A DNA stretch of 64,000 nt from a virus (lineage: Duplodnaviria > Heunggongvirae > Uroviricota > Caudoviricetes). Numbering within the stretch: the first letter of the stretch is position 1; the number at the start of each line of letters is the position of its first letter. The translations under genes were made by a program, and so were the position numbers. A model generated the notes under the pieces. The model was not told the origin of the DNA and did no database searches. It was given only the letters and a program-made list of their open reading frames with translations. The DNA lies in IMG/VR virus record IMGVR_UViG_3300021255_000114, positions 64,001-128,000 of that record; one strand, 5' to 3'. Below are positions 9,258-18,941 of the stretch, piece by piece.

Positions 9258-10432
9258 CACAACCAATACCTAAACGGATAATTGAAACAAAACCTGAAAT
9301 GGCAGTAAAGAAGTTCAATACATTGTTAATTGATGCATCGAATCTTATGGAGGTATGCTTTGCTGCTAATAAAACCCTAAATACTCAAGGACAAGAAGTA
9401 GGAGCGATATTTTCCTTTTTATTGCAAATTAAATTACTTTTAAGAAAAGGTAATTTTAAATATATATATGCTTTCTTTGACGGTCAAAATTCAGGAGTAC
9501 TCCGTAATAATCAAGTTCCTGATTATAAACAGAATAGAGATAAAACATATGATGAATCAGATTTATCTGATTATGCAAAGGCGCTTAACCAATATATGCG
9601 CTATATGCAGGAACATGTATACAAAAAGAAGAAGCAATCCAAAACCGAAGACGAAAAGGCTTCATTCTTCAGACAACGCAATATTTTGATACAATGCCTT
9701 GATGAATTGTTCATCAGGGTACTTGAATGTGATGGAACGGAGGCGGATGATTTCATTGGGTATTATGTTTCACATAAGAAGCCGGAGGAACGAATCGTTA
9801 TTGTTTCCAATGACAGGGATTTAACACAACTTATATCCGATGATGTGATAGTCTATGTTCAATCTATGAAGGATTTTGTAAATACTAAGAATCATAGGGA
9901 GAAAATGGGATATGACTATCATAACGTACTTCTCAAGAAGGTTATCTGTGGTGATACATCGGACAACATCAAAGGTATTAAAGGTGTGGGTGAAACAACA
10001 TTGCTCAATAATTTTCCTGAAATACGTGAAAGGGAGGTTACACTTGACGAGATAATCGAGAAGGCTAGATTAATCAATGAAGAACGTGTAAAAGAGAAGA
10101 AAAAACCTTTAAAATGGGCGGAAAATATCGTAAACAGGGTAACTGATGGTTGTCAAGGGGAAGAAGTATATGAGTTAAATGAAAAAATCATCAATCTTAA
10201 AGATCCTCTTATGCCGGATGAAGCAAAAGAACTTTTAGAACAGTTTATGTATGCTCCATTGGATCCGGAAGGGCGTAGTTTTGACAACCTATATAGGATA
10301 TTGTGCGAAGCCGGTGTAGATGAACTAAAAGATGAAAGAAGTTTCGGTAATTTTTTCAGCGAATTCAATTATCTGATAGATAGCGAAACAAAGGAATGGA
10401 AGAAATATTTGGAAAATTCGAATGAAAAATAG
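9254..10432 (+). CDS. 5'-3' exonuclease / flap endonuclease (T4 RNase H, PolA N-terminal type)
   Basis: LLIDASN, FFDG, YKQNR, EADD, SNDRDLTQL, GDTSDNIKGIKGVGE. Confidence 0.92.
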   Translation: MTQPIPKRIIETKPEMAVKKFNTLLIDASNLMEVCFAANKTLNTQGQEVGAIFSFLLQIKLLLRKGNFKYIYAFFDGQNSGVLRNNQVPDYKQNRDKTYDESDLSDYAKALNQYMRYMQEHVYKKKKQSKTEDEKASFFRQRNILIQCLDELFIRVLECDGTEADDFIGYYVSHKKPEERIVIVSNDRDLTQLISDDVIVYVQSMKDFVNTKNHREKMGYDYHNVLLKKVICGDTSDNIKGIKGVGETTLLNNFPEIREREVTLDEIIEKARLINEERVKEKKKPLKWAENIVNRVTDGCQGEEVYELNEKIINLKDPLMPDEAKELLEQFMYAPLDPEGRSFDNLYRILCEAGVDELKDERSFGNFFSEFNYLIDSETKEWKKYLENSNEK

Positions 10433-10439
10433 TATATTT
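10408..10439 (+). promoter_or_regulatory. Early-type promoter (TTTG, 21-nt spacer, TATATTT) overlapping the upstream TAG stop
   Basis: TTTG at 10408-10411; TAGTATATTT at 10430-10439. Confidence 0.6.
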
Positions 10440-10490
10440 AAAAAAGAAACGGCTAAGTAATTTATTGTTTAACTTTCAAAACGATTTTCA

Positions 10491-11477
10491 ATGAATCAAG
10501 AAGAAATTAAAAAGGAAGTAAAAGTTGATAACAGTGCCTATAGGGATAGGTTTAGGTTTTTATTTTCCGCAAATGAAAACATCGTATGTGAACGTTTTTT
10601 TAAAATCAACCATTTTAATCTGTCTTCACTTTATTCAGAAGAATTGAAGGACACGATTGAGGCAATTGTCGAAAACATTCAGAACGATTTGAAATCCAAG
10701 AGTAGAATATACGATTGGTACACAACAGCAGGTCCTGTTAAGATTACAGGATTCAAGCCAAATGGTATGGGCTTGCAGAACAAGGATAGCCAATACGTTG
10801 TTTATCCTGAAAAACAGCCGGAGGCTGAGAGTGAAAAGGAAAGTGCAGGCAATACCGCAATAGAGCCCTATGCGGTCACTTTTAAGTTTGAGTTTCAGAT
10901 GGCTCAGAAAATTGAAACTAATCCAGAGGATGGTAAACCTGTTTTTTCTGATTATAAGACAATTTATGTCGCTATTTGGGATGGAACCGTTTACCAAAAA
11001 GATATCCGCAATAGCGTTGACCTCTCAAATTCCATTTCTTCATATAGGGACAGTGATATCAATTCAATGAACTTTATCCGTACACTCAATTATCGAATGG
11101 TAAACGGCAAAACTGACCTTATTTATGACACAATTAAACGCATCTGTGAAACAACAAGCGGTGAAGGCAAGACCTATACGAGTAGTATGTTCTATGGTAC
11201 AGAACATGTTGTTTCCGCCAAGGAAGGAAACAGTTTCAAGAAGTGCCAAGACAAATACTATCAGATTTACCAACGTGACAATAATGTAATTACCGGTGCT
11301 ACCCACAAAGAGATATATCGCTCGAATGATGGAAAACACTACGTAAAACGTAATGACGGTAATTATATGGAAGTGGTCGAATACACGTATGACCCGTACA
11401 GCAAGTATGTTAAATCGTGGGAAATGGCCGTCAAGGCAAAGACCGAAGAATACAAACGCACTTTTTCCGGTCGATAA
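10491..11477 (+). CDS. Hypothetical phage protein
   Basis: 328-aa ORF with its own promoter and terminator. Confidence 0.7.
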   Translation: MNQEEIKKEVKVDNSAYRDRFRFLFSANENIVCERFFKINHFNLSSLYSEELKDTIEAIVENIQNDLKSKSRIYDWYTTAGPVKITGFKPNGMGLQNKDSQYVVYPEKQPEAESEKESAGNTAIEPYAVTFKFEFQMAQKIETNPEDGKPVFSDYKTIYVAIWDGTVYQKDIRNSVDLSNSISSYRDSDINSMNFIRTLNYRMVNGKTDLIYDTIKRICETTSGEGKTYTSSMFYGTEHVVSAKEGNSFKKCQDKYYQIYQRDNNVITGATHKEIYRSNDGKHYVKRNDGNYMEVVEYTYDPYSKYVKSWEMAVKAKTEEYKRTFSGR

Positions 11478-11495
11478 TTGTGTAACTTGGATAAA

Positions 11496-11527
11496 GCCAC
11501 ACTATAGAGTTATAGTGTGGCCTTTTT
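11496..11527 (+). terminator. Rho-independent terminator
   Basis: Perfect 11-bp stem GCCACACTATA-gagt-TATAGTGTGGC plus T tract. Confidence 0.8.
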
Positions 11528-11545
11528 CCGCTAAACAGATTTTAA

Positions 11546-12985
11546 ATGGCAAGACCGAAAAAGACCGTTAATGATTTAAGCCTTTTTAGTTATGACTACC
11601 AGTGCTCCATCCTTAAGATGTTTATGGAGAATGATGAATTCTCCCTGTCAACCATTGATACTATGGATCAGAATCATTTTACGGGCAGTCCTGAACTACG
11701 TAAAATTGCCGGTATCATTAAGGATAAAGTCTCCAAACTGAACCGAAGGATTTCATACGAAGAACTTGAAATATGGTTAAATAACTCAATCGAGGATGCA
11801 ATTACGCTCGAGAATTGTATCACTATAGTCAACGAGAAACTTAAAAAAAACAAATACAGTGAGGCCGAACTTACCACCATCAAGGAAGAGTATCATAATT
11901 TTCTTGTTGCGATGGAAACCATCAAACTTGGTAATGAGATAAACGAGCGCAATAAAGAAGGCGCAACCAAGGATGACATAATGGCTATTGTCAAGAAATA
12001 TGATGAAAAAACCACCTTTGAGGAAGTAACCGCAAGAGCCATCAATATGGATGATGACCATTTTGAGTCACTTATGGCTGACGATAACTGCGAAGTTGTT
12101 CCCACAGGTTGTCCGGAACTTGACAAACGTCTTGGTGGTGGTATGCGTAAAGGGGACTTTGGTATTCTTGTAGCAGGAACCGGTATCGGTAAAACCTGTG
12201 TTACAAGTGGCTTTGCTGCATATGCCGCATGGCATGGATATAAAGTTGCACATGTTATTTTGGAGGATAAACCCGATGATATCGATGCGAAATATCTTGG
12301 ATATATCCTGAATCAGCCGGTAAGTTCATTCAGGGGAAAATATGCAACACAAGAAGACAGGGATGAACTAAGGGCGAAACGAGAACAGGTAAAGGATAAA
12401 TTATCAAAAACCTTAAAGGAAAATATCCGTCAAATATCCGCGATCGATAGTAAGAAAAAGATACACCCTATGACAATTAGGGACATCGACAATAAACTTA
12501 CTAAACTTGAGGCAGAAGGATTCTATCCTGATATTGTTATTATCGACTATTTTGACAGAATACGGTGCGCGGTTCCAAATATCGAAATATGGAGGAAAGA
12601 CAGTATATTATCCGATGAACTTAATGAGCTTGCAGTCAACCATAATATAGCAATGTGGGTGCCAAGCCAAGGCAACAAGAGCGTTCAGGATAGGGCCACG
12701 AAAATCAATATATCCAATATGTCAGGAGGAGCATGGAAAGGATTTACGGCACAAATCGTAATTTCAATGCAGAAAGACGCTGACGATATGTCGACGAAGA
12801 ATACCGTGGTTCAGATGCTTAAAAACCGTTATAACAATGATTTTTCACCAATTGTCATTGAATTTGACAACGGAACTTGCAGGTTTGGAGATGTTTTGAA
12901 TGATATTTCTCCGATAACAGATGGGGATGGAAATGAGGTGGCGGACGAAGTATATGACAGAAATAAGAAGTCGAAAAAACTTTAA
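11546..12985 (+). CDS. Replicative DNA helicase (DnaB / T4 gp41-like)
   Basis: PTG..LD..LGGG, AGTGIGKT Walker A, IIIDYFD Walker B, SQ, KNR arginine finger. Confidence 0.9.
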   Translation: MARPKKTVNDLSLFSYDYQCSILKMFMENDEFSLSTIDTMDQNHFTGSPELRKIAGIIKDKVSKLNRRISYEELEIWLNNSIEDAITLENCITIVNEKLKKNKYSEAELTTIKEEYHNFLVAMETIKLGNEINERNKEGATKDDIMAIVKKYDEKTTFEEVTARAINMDDDHFESLMADDNCEVVPTGCPELDKRLGGGMRKGDFGILVAGTGIGKTCVTSGFAAYAAWHGYKVAHVILEDKPDDIDAKYLGYILNQPVSSFRGKYATQEDRDELRAKREQVKDKLSKTLKENIRQISAIDSKKKIHPMTIRDIDNKLTKLEAEGFYPDIVIIDYFDRIRCAVPNIEIWRKDSILSDELNELAVNHNIAMWVPSQGNKSVQDRATKINISNMSGGAWKGFTAQIVISMQKDADDMSTKNTVVQMLKNRYNNDFSPIVIEFDNGTCRFGDVLNDISPITDGDGNEVADEVYDRNKKSKKL

Positions 12986-13091
12986 AAATTTTTAAGTAAG
13001 GCTATCAGCGAGTTAAATAAAATGCATAGATGTTCAGAATTCAATTTACATTTTTGAAGACTATGTATTATTTACTAACGATTTTTAATTT

Positions 13092-15275
13092 ATGGATATA
13101 AGAAAAAGTAAAGGTTACATCGAAGAATACGATGTTCAGAAACTAAAAGACAGTATTTGCGCCGCTTATCAAACAGCGGGGGAGAAATGCGAAGAAGTTT
13201 TACTTGATAGTGCAGCACAGAACTTCTATCTTTATAACCTAATGTCAACTTCGGAGTTGAGGAGACAGGTTGAGGAATGGCTTATGTCAATCAATAAGAA
13301 GGTGGCGAAGGCCTATATTGAGAAATTCAATGATTCGAAGGACATCAAAAAGAAAGAAGATTTCATTCGTTCATATATTGAAGCTTCAAATGCTGCAACC
13401 GGTTCTAAATTTGATTCGAATGCAAATGTATCGAACAAAAACATTGTTACACTTGGGCAGGAACTATATAAGGAAAATAACATCAAACAGAATAGGTACA
13501 TTCTTACGAGTAAGATTAGGTCAATGTACAGTAAAAAATTGGCTGATCAATACATTCAAGACCTCGAAAGCCATGTATTATATAAGCATGATGAAACTGG
13601 AACCCCTGGTTATCCATATTGTGTAGCAATTACAATGTTTCCGTTTCTTACTGATGGATTAAAGGGTTTGGGTGGTGTTTCTGTTGCCCCTACTGACACA
13701 AAGTCGTTTTGTGGTGAATTCATTAACCTTGTATACAGTGTTTCATCACAGTTTCTTGGTGCGGTTGCTACACCTGAATTCCTTATGTATATGGATTATT
13801 TCCTTCGTAAAGATTATGGCGAGGATTACACAAAGAAACTCAACCTTATTGTTGATTATACAGCAAAAAAACGTACAATCGAACAGGTGATTGAGAACTA
13901 TTTCCAACAGGTGGTTCATAGTATGAACATGCCAGCGGGCAATCGTGGCTACCAAACCGTGTTTTGGAACGTTGGCTACTTTGATAAACCGTATTTCGAG
14001 GGAGTATTCGGTGAATTTACCTTCCCTGATGGAACTTCACCTGTTTGGGAAACTTTATCATGGTTACAGAAGAAATTTATGAAATGGTTTAATCAAGAAC
14101 GCACAAAATACGTTCTTACATTTCCGGTTGAAACAATGGCATTGCTTACGGATGGTAAAAATGGTTTTGTTGATGAAGAATATGCTGATTTTACAGCCCA
14201 AATGTGGTCTGAAGGACATAGTTTCTTCTGTTATTTGAGTGATTCACCTGATAGTTTAAGTTCATGTTGCAGATTACGTAATTCATTAAAGGACATGGAG
14301 GATGTGGACCTTGAACATAACTACACAACACACCAATATTCAATGGGAACCGCTTCAGTTTCAACGGGTTCTAAATCAGTTATGTCTATAAACCTGCCTC
14401 GCCTTATACAGAACGCCGCGAATCGTTATGCACACGAAATCGAGCATAAAAATATCGACAAAGGTGTACAGTTTCCTTTGGATGAAGTGAAAGATAAAAC
14501 CAAACTTTATGAATTTATTCGCGAGGATGTTACTGAAATAGTTGAACGAGTTCATAAGTATCAGAATGCATTCAATGAAACAATAAAAGACTTTTTGAAG
14601 GCTAATATGCTTGATGTTTACAGGGCCGGTTTCATTGACATTCGCAAGCAATATCTTACCGTTGGTGTTAATGGTATAACCGATGCGGCTGAATTCTTTG
14701 ATATTAAGGTATCGAATAATGAAATATACCGTGAATTCGTTAATAACATTCTTGAAACAATCAACATTTGCAACCGTAAGAATAAAACACGCGACACCAT
14801 GTTCAACACTGAGTTTGTTCCGGCTGAAAATCTCGCTGCCAAAAATTATAAGTGGGACAAAAAAGATGGATATTGGGTTTCACCTTATAGAAATCTTTAC
14901 AGTTCATACTTCTATAACCCAGAGGATGATTCGTTGTCAGTTATTGATAAACTAAAACTACATGGTAAGAGTTATGTTGAATATTTGGATGGTGGATCCG
15001 CCGCGCATTTGAATTTGAACGAACATCTTTCAAAAGAACAATATCGTCAACTTATGTCTGTTGCCGCAGAAAATGGTTGCAATTATTTTACATTCAACAT
15101 CAAGAACACATGTTGTGAAGATTGTGGACACATTGACAAACACACTCTTGACAAGTGTCCGATTTGTGGAAGTGAAAATGTTTCGTACTTAACGAGGGTT
15201 ATTGGATACCTTAAAAAGACCAGTTCATTTGGAGAACCCAGGCAAATCGAGGAAAAGAAACGCTACTACGCTTAA
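13092..15275 (+). CDS. nrdD: Anaerobic (class III) ribonucleoside-triphosphate reductase with N-terminal ATP-cone
   Basis: ATP-cone start (IRKSKG..EYD..KL), YC, SSCCRL finger loop, PAE, CxxC...CPxC Zn site, RVIGYL glycyl-radical motif. Confidence 0.95.
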   Translation: MDIRKSKGYIEEYDVQKLKDSICAAYQTAGEKCEEVLLDSAAQNFYLYNLMSTSELRRQVEEWLMSINKKVAKAYIEKFNDSKDIKKKEDFIRSYIEASNAATGSKFDSNANVSNKNIVTLGQELYKENNIKQNRYILTSKIRSMYSKKLADQYIQDLESHVLYKHDETGTPGYPYCVAITMFPFLTDGLKGLGGVSVAPTDTKSFCGEFINLVYSVSSQFLGAVATPEFLMYMDYFLRKDYGEDYTKKLNLIVDYTAKKRTIEQVIENYFQQVVHSMNMPAGNRGYQTVFWNVGYFDKPYFEGVFGEFTFPDGTSPVWETLSWLQKKFMKWFNQERTKYVLTFPVETMALLTDGKNGFVDEEYADFTAQMWSEGHSFFCYLSDSPDSLSSCCRLRNSLKDMEDVDLEHNYTTHQYSMGTASVSTGSKSVMSINLPRLIQNAANRYAHEIEHKNIDKGVQFPLDEVKDKTKLYEFIREDVTEIVERVHKYQNAFNETIKDFLKANMLDVYRAGFIDIRKQYLTVGVNGITDAAEFFDIKVSNNEIYREFVNNILETINICNRKNKTRDTMFNTEFVPAENLAAKNYKWDKKDGYWVSPYRNLYSSYFYNPEDDSLSVIDKLKLHGKSYVEYLDGGSAAHLNLNEHLSKEQYRQLMSVAAENGCNYFTFNIKNTCCEDCGHIDKHTLDKCPICGSENVSYLTRVIGYLKKTSSFGEPRQIEEKKRYYA

Positions 15276-15294
15276 TAATAACAGACAATGGATA

Positions 15295-15334
15295 AACGGT
15301 TGTTATCTTATTCAGAATAACAACCGTTCTTTTT
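15295..15334 (+). terminator. Stem-loop between nrdD and nrdG
   Basis: AACGGTTGTTAT...ATAACAACCGTT followed by CTTTTT. Confidence 0.65.
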
Positions 15335-15338
15335 CAGT

Positions 15339-15809
15339 ATGGAGAATTTAAGGATAAAATATGTGGATTCAAAGGTAGTCTTTGAAGAAATACCGGATAA
15401 AGTAACGTTAGCAATCACAATCAGCAATTGCCCGTTCCATTGTGAAGGATGCCACTCTGATTATTTAAGACGGGATATTGGTAAGGATTTGACTGTTGAT
15501 GAAATAGATATATTGATAAAACAAAATAAAGGAATAAACTGTGTTCTCTTTTTGGGTGATGGCATAAATACAATGGGTTTGGCAGTGCTTTCAAAATTTA
15601 TAAAGGAGAAATACCAAAATATTTCCACTGCAATATATTCTGGTTATGATGATATATTATCTGAATATAGAAGTTTCGACTATGTTAAAACCGGTAAATA
15701 TATAGAAGAATTGGGGCCGCTTAATAAAGAGACAACAAACCAGCGCCTATATAGATTAAATGAAGGTGAAGTAACCGACATAACATATCTTTTTTGGAAG
15801 CGTAAATAA
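15339..15809 (+). CDS. nrdG: Anaerobic RNR activating radical-SAM enzyme
   Basis: CPFHCEGCHS (CxxxCxxC), KTGKY, TNQRLY; adjacent to nrdD. Confidence 0.93.
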   Translation: MENLRIKYVDSKVVFEEIPDKVTLAITISNCPFHCEGCHSDYLRRDIGKDLTVDEIDILIKQNKGINCVLFLGDGINTMGLAVLSKFIKEKYQNISTAIYSGYDDILSEYRSFDYVKTGKYIEELGPLNKETTNQRLYRLNEGEVTDITYLFWKRK

Positions 15810-15815
15810 TTATAT

Positions 15816-16088
15816 ATGAATGATAATAATGAAAAAATTGCACATATAGATGATTATTTACAAAGTAACTAAAAAGACATCAACCAATATATAGGTGTAA
15901 CAGATGACAGAACAACAGCAAAGGTGGTTGGGTGTTCATTTAGAAAGGATTTTGTTCATTTTCTACAAGATTCCATTAATATATTGGGTAAACATGGTAA
16001 TAATAAGTGTGATAAATGTAGATGTGAGACCATAGAGAACAATGGATATACTATATGCCCATCTTGTGGATACTCAAAATGTTTATAA
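15816..16088 (+). pseudogene. Interrupted ORF ending in a Zn-ribbon like the C-terminus of class II RNR (NrdJ)
   Basis: One frame from the ATG at 15816 to the TAA at 16086, with an internal TAA at 15870. It ends CDKC...GYTICPSCGYSKCL. Confidence 0.45.
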
Positions 16089-16109
16089 TCAAATACTTAT
16101 ATATAACGG

Positions 16110-16140
16110 AAGGTGTGGTTATAAAGGCCATACCTTTTTT
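16110..16140 (+). terminator. Rho-independent terminator closing the replication block
   Basis: AAGGTGTGGTT-ataa-AGGCCATACCTT followed by a T run. Confidence 0.65.
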
Positions 16141-16174
16141 CTTTTTCTTATTTTTCCTATATTTATTTGATATT

Positions 16175-16561
16175 ATGGCTAAAATACAGAAATACGGAAT
16201 TAAATTCCCAATCACAATATTATCGGATGAAAAAAGTCTGTTCGACACAAATGTCTTACAGTCGGATAGTGTTTTATCTGAATTAATGCATATTCTTTTC
16301 ACACCAAAAGGGCAAAGGTTACGTGACCCCGAATTCGGGACAAATCTAATCCAATTTATCTACAATCCAAATGACATGCAAACATGGGACGATGTTGTTT
16401 TAGAGGTTAAAAACAGTGTCGTAAGATATTTAAAGGATTGTAAAATAAACAACATTGAAATATACGAAGGTGAGGACGGAAACGGTCTATATGTGAAATT
16501 CAATTATTCCGTTTGGGATGGTGGAAAAGTTCGAAATTATAATGCAGTGGCAAAGATTTAA
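16175..16561 (+). CDS. Baseplate wedge / sheath initiator (T4 gp25 / GPW-like)
   Basis: YGIKFP, LFTPKGQRLRDPEFGTNL. Real start is the ATG at 16175, after TATTTATT at 16160. Confidence 0.85.
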   Translation: MAKIQKYGIKFPITILSDEKSLFDTNVLQSDSVLSELMHILFTPKGQRLRDPEFGTNLIQFIYNPNDMQTWDDVVLEVKNSVVRYLKDCKINNIEIYEGEDGNGLYVKFNYSVWDGGKVRNYNAVAKI

Positions 16562-16564
16562 ACA

Positions 16565-18565
16565 ATGGCAGAGAACAGGATACAATATTCAAAGAGGAAT
16601 TACGATGAAGTAAGAAACTCCTTAGTTGAAGTAACAAAAAGATACTACACCAACATTTTTAATTCATTGAACGATGCTTCAATCGGTCAATGGATGATTG
16701 ATTTGAATTCTGATATATTTGATAGTTTAATGTACGCTATCGATAGGTCGTACCAGGAAACGAGCATTGATTCAGCCAACAGTAGGGCAAGTCTTTTAAA
16801 TATTGCCAGAAGTCTTGGCGTAAAAATTCCTGGTCCGAAAAGTGCGTTGGTTGAGGTTGAATTATCTTGTATCCTTCCGTTAAATACAAGTGATGTTCCA
16901 GAAAGCGACAACAATCAAGCAGTCGCCGATGAAAGTTATGCCCCATTCATTAAACGAGGAAGTTTGTTTAGTGATGGTAGAAATACATTTGAGTTGCTTG
17001 AGGATGTTAATTTTAAAGACCAATTCGATTCAAATGGAATGAGTAACCGGCAAATTATCCCAAGGCGCAACAGTAACGGCGAAATCGTCAGTTACAAATA
17101 TAAGAAATTAGCCACTGCAACTGCCGGACAGAGCAAGATTTATAAAAGATTTATTACTGATAGTGATATTGAACCGTTTTTCACTATAACTTTGCAGGAC
17201 AATAATATTCTTGGTGTTGAGAGTATTATACTTAAACAAGGTAGGACACTTTCAAGTAATCCGGCTACAGCAGAGTTTTTTGTTGACCGTGAGTCATATG
17301 AAGATAAAGAAGGCAAACCTGTTCAGCGTTTTTTTGAGGTCGACAATTTAGTGGACCAATATAGATTTGGGTATGAAGAACAAGAAGTTTCCAGTGCTGA
17401 TGGGAAATACACCTATTATTCACCAGTTTGGGATGTAACTGATGCGATTGAACTTGAGGATAAAACCTTGGAACCAATACGTGTTGCTGCACGTGGAAAA
17501 TGGAAACGCCTTAAAAATAAGTTTGTTACGGAATATACAGATAATGGATATCTAAACATTACATTTGGTAGTGGTCTTTGTAATTCCTACGGCTCAATAC
17601 CTGATTCGGCAGCAGAGTATACACAATACAGAATGAGTAGAATGGAAGCAAATGACTATCTTGGTGTACTTCCGGAACCGAATACAACCATGTATATTCT
17701 TTATCGTACCGGGGGTGGTGAAATAAGTAACATTGGTGCAAATACATTGACGAACATTTTGTCTTTAACTGTTTCTATTGACGGCAATTGTAATGATGCA
17801 AATGATGCAAGGAAAAAGGCCGCTGTAAGAAACTCCATTGAAGTAACCAACCCATCACAATCATATGGCGGTAAAGATGCCCCAACCAATGAAGAAATCA
17901 AGTTTATGACCAAGTATATTGCAGCAGCACAAAACAGATGCGTCACATTATCTGATTATTACGCAAGACTCATGGAAATGCCGGCGAAGTACGGTTTACC
18001 ATTTAGGGTTGGGGTTGTTGAGGAAAACAACAAAGTGGTAATTTATTCGTTAGGGCTTGATTGGGAGGGTAGATTAACAAGCCGTTTATCCGAACGTGTT
18101 GCTGAGAATATGAAGCAATACCTCTCCAATTACAGAATGATTAACGATTTTGTAGAAATTAGATCCGGAAGAATTATCAATATAGCGTTTGAGATTGATA
18201 TCTACGTTGAAAAAAGTTACGACAAGAGCGAAGTATCGAAACGCATTATTGAACTTGTGAGAGACTATATGGATGTTCGCAAACATCAAATGGGTGAAGA
18301 TATATTCATTGGCGATCTCGAAAAAGAGATATCAAAACTTGATGGTGTCCAAAATCTTATTGAACTAAGGTGCTACAACAAAGTAGGGCATGGTTACTCC
18401 GACACACAAATTTCACAACAGTTGGTAACAAACACTGATAATACAAATTCAAGCGATGAAATTGACTTAAGGGAAAGTGACAAGACATTATTCAGTGAGG
18501 CAGGTTCACTGTTTGAGGTGAAGTACCCCAACGACATCCAAATCAGAATAAAAAGCCGTGAATAG
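16565..18565 (+). CDS. Baseplate wedge subunit (T4 gp6 / baseplate J-like)
   Basis: ITFGSG, YRTGGG, GGKDAPT.EEIK, AQNRCVTLSDY; follows the gp25-like gene. Confidence 0.85.
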   Translation: MAENRIQYSKRNYDEVRNSLVEVTKRYYTNIFNSLNDASIGQWMIDLNSDIFDSLMYAIDRSYQETSIDSANSRASLLNIARSLGVKIPGPKSALVEVELSCILPLNTSDVPESDNNQAVADESYAPFIKRGSLFSDGRNTFELLEDVNFKDQFDSNGMSNRQIIPRRNSNGEIVSYKYKKLATATAGQSKIYKRFITDSDIEPFFTITLQDNNILGVESIILKQGRTLSSNPATAEFFVDRESYEDKEGKPVQRFFEVDNLVDQYRFGYEEQEVSSADGKYTYYSPVWDVTDAIELEDKTLEPIRVAARGKWKRLKNKFVTEYTDNGYLNITFGSGLCNSYGSIPDSAAEYTQYRMSRMEANDYLGVLPEPNTTMYILYRTGGGEISNIGANTLTNILSLTVSIDGNCNDANDARKKAAVRNSIEVTNPSQSYGGKDAPTNEEIKFMTKYIAAAQNRCVTLSDYYARLMEMPAKYGLPFRVGVVEENNKVVIYSLGLDWEGRLTSRLSERVAENMKQYLSNYRMINDFVEIRSGRIINIAFEIDIYVEKSYDKSEVSKRIIELVRDYMDVRKHQMGEDIFIGDLEKEISKLDGVQNLIELRCYNKVGHGYSDTQISQQLVTNTDNTNSSDEIDLRESDKTLFSEAGSLFEVKYPNDIQIRIKSRE

Positions 18566-18619
18566 TTTTCTTAAAAAAATAGTAAAATAACCTCGACTTG
18601 GCAAACTAATATTTTTCGT

Positions 18620-18655
18620 AGCGTCTTGACAACAGGACGCTTTTTTATTATATTT
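18620..18655 (+). terminator. Terminator hairpin directly followed by a TATTATATTT promoter-like motif
   Basis: AGCGTCTTG-acaa-CAGGACGCT-TTTTT, then TATTATATTT at 18646-18655. Confidence 0.65.
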
Positions 18656-18677
18656 AATATAAAATATAGTATTTCAA

Positions 18678-18941
18678 ATGGCTTGCAATTGCAAAAAGAT
18701 AGCTGAAAATGCCGGTAAATATTCGGATGACGGAAGTGGTCTCGAAGAAGTCAAATATCTCGGCAGAATACCGATAGTATTACTCCGTATCATACTTACA
18801 ATTTTGACTGTCTGTCTAATTATTGTTATATTGCCATTCTTCCTTTTATGGATAATCTTCCGTATGGTGATTGGTAAGGATATAAGCATAAACTTGCGTA
18901 AATTACTGAAAATTAATGAAGAACGAAAACAACAGTTATAG
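18678..18941 (+). CDS. Small membrane protein with MACNCKK N-terminus
   Basis: Hydrophobic stretch of about 30 residues. Confidence 0.7.
   Translation: MACNCKKIAENAGKYSDDGSGLEEVKYLGRIPIVLLRIILTILTVCLIIVILPFFLLWIIFRMVIGKDISINLRKLLKINEERKQQL

Noticed and set aside
6866-15275. Inteins, introns or homing endonucleases in RecA, helicase or NrdD
   Set aside because: Protein lengths are normal, the frames are continuous, and no intein-terminal or LAGLIDADG/HNH motifs were seen.
16055-16174. Hydrophobic N-terminal extensions predicted for the gp25-like, tdk, 8289 and 40302 ORFs
   Set aside because: The extensions run through terminators, promoters or poly-A/T tracts. Downstream ATGs (16175, 5586, 8349, 40350) are more plausible starts.
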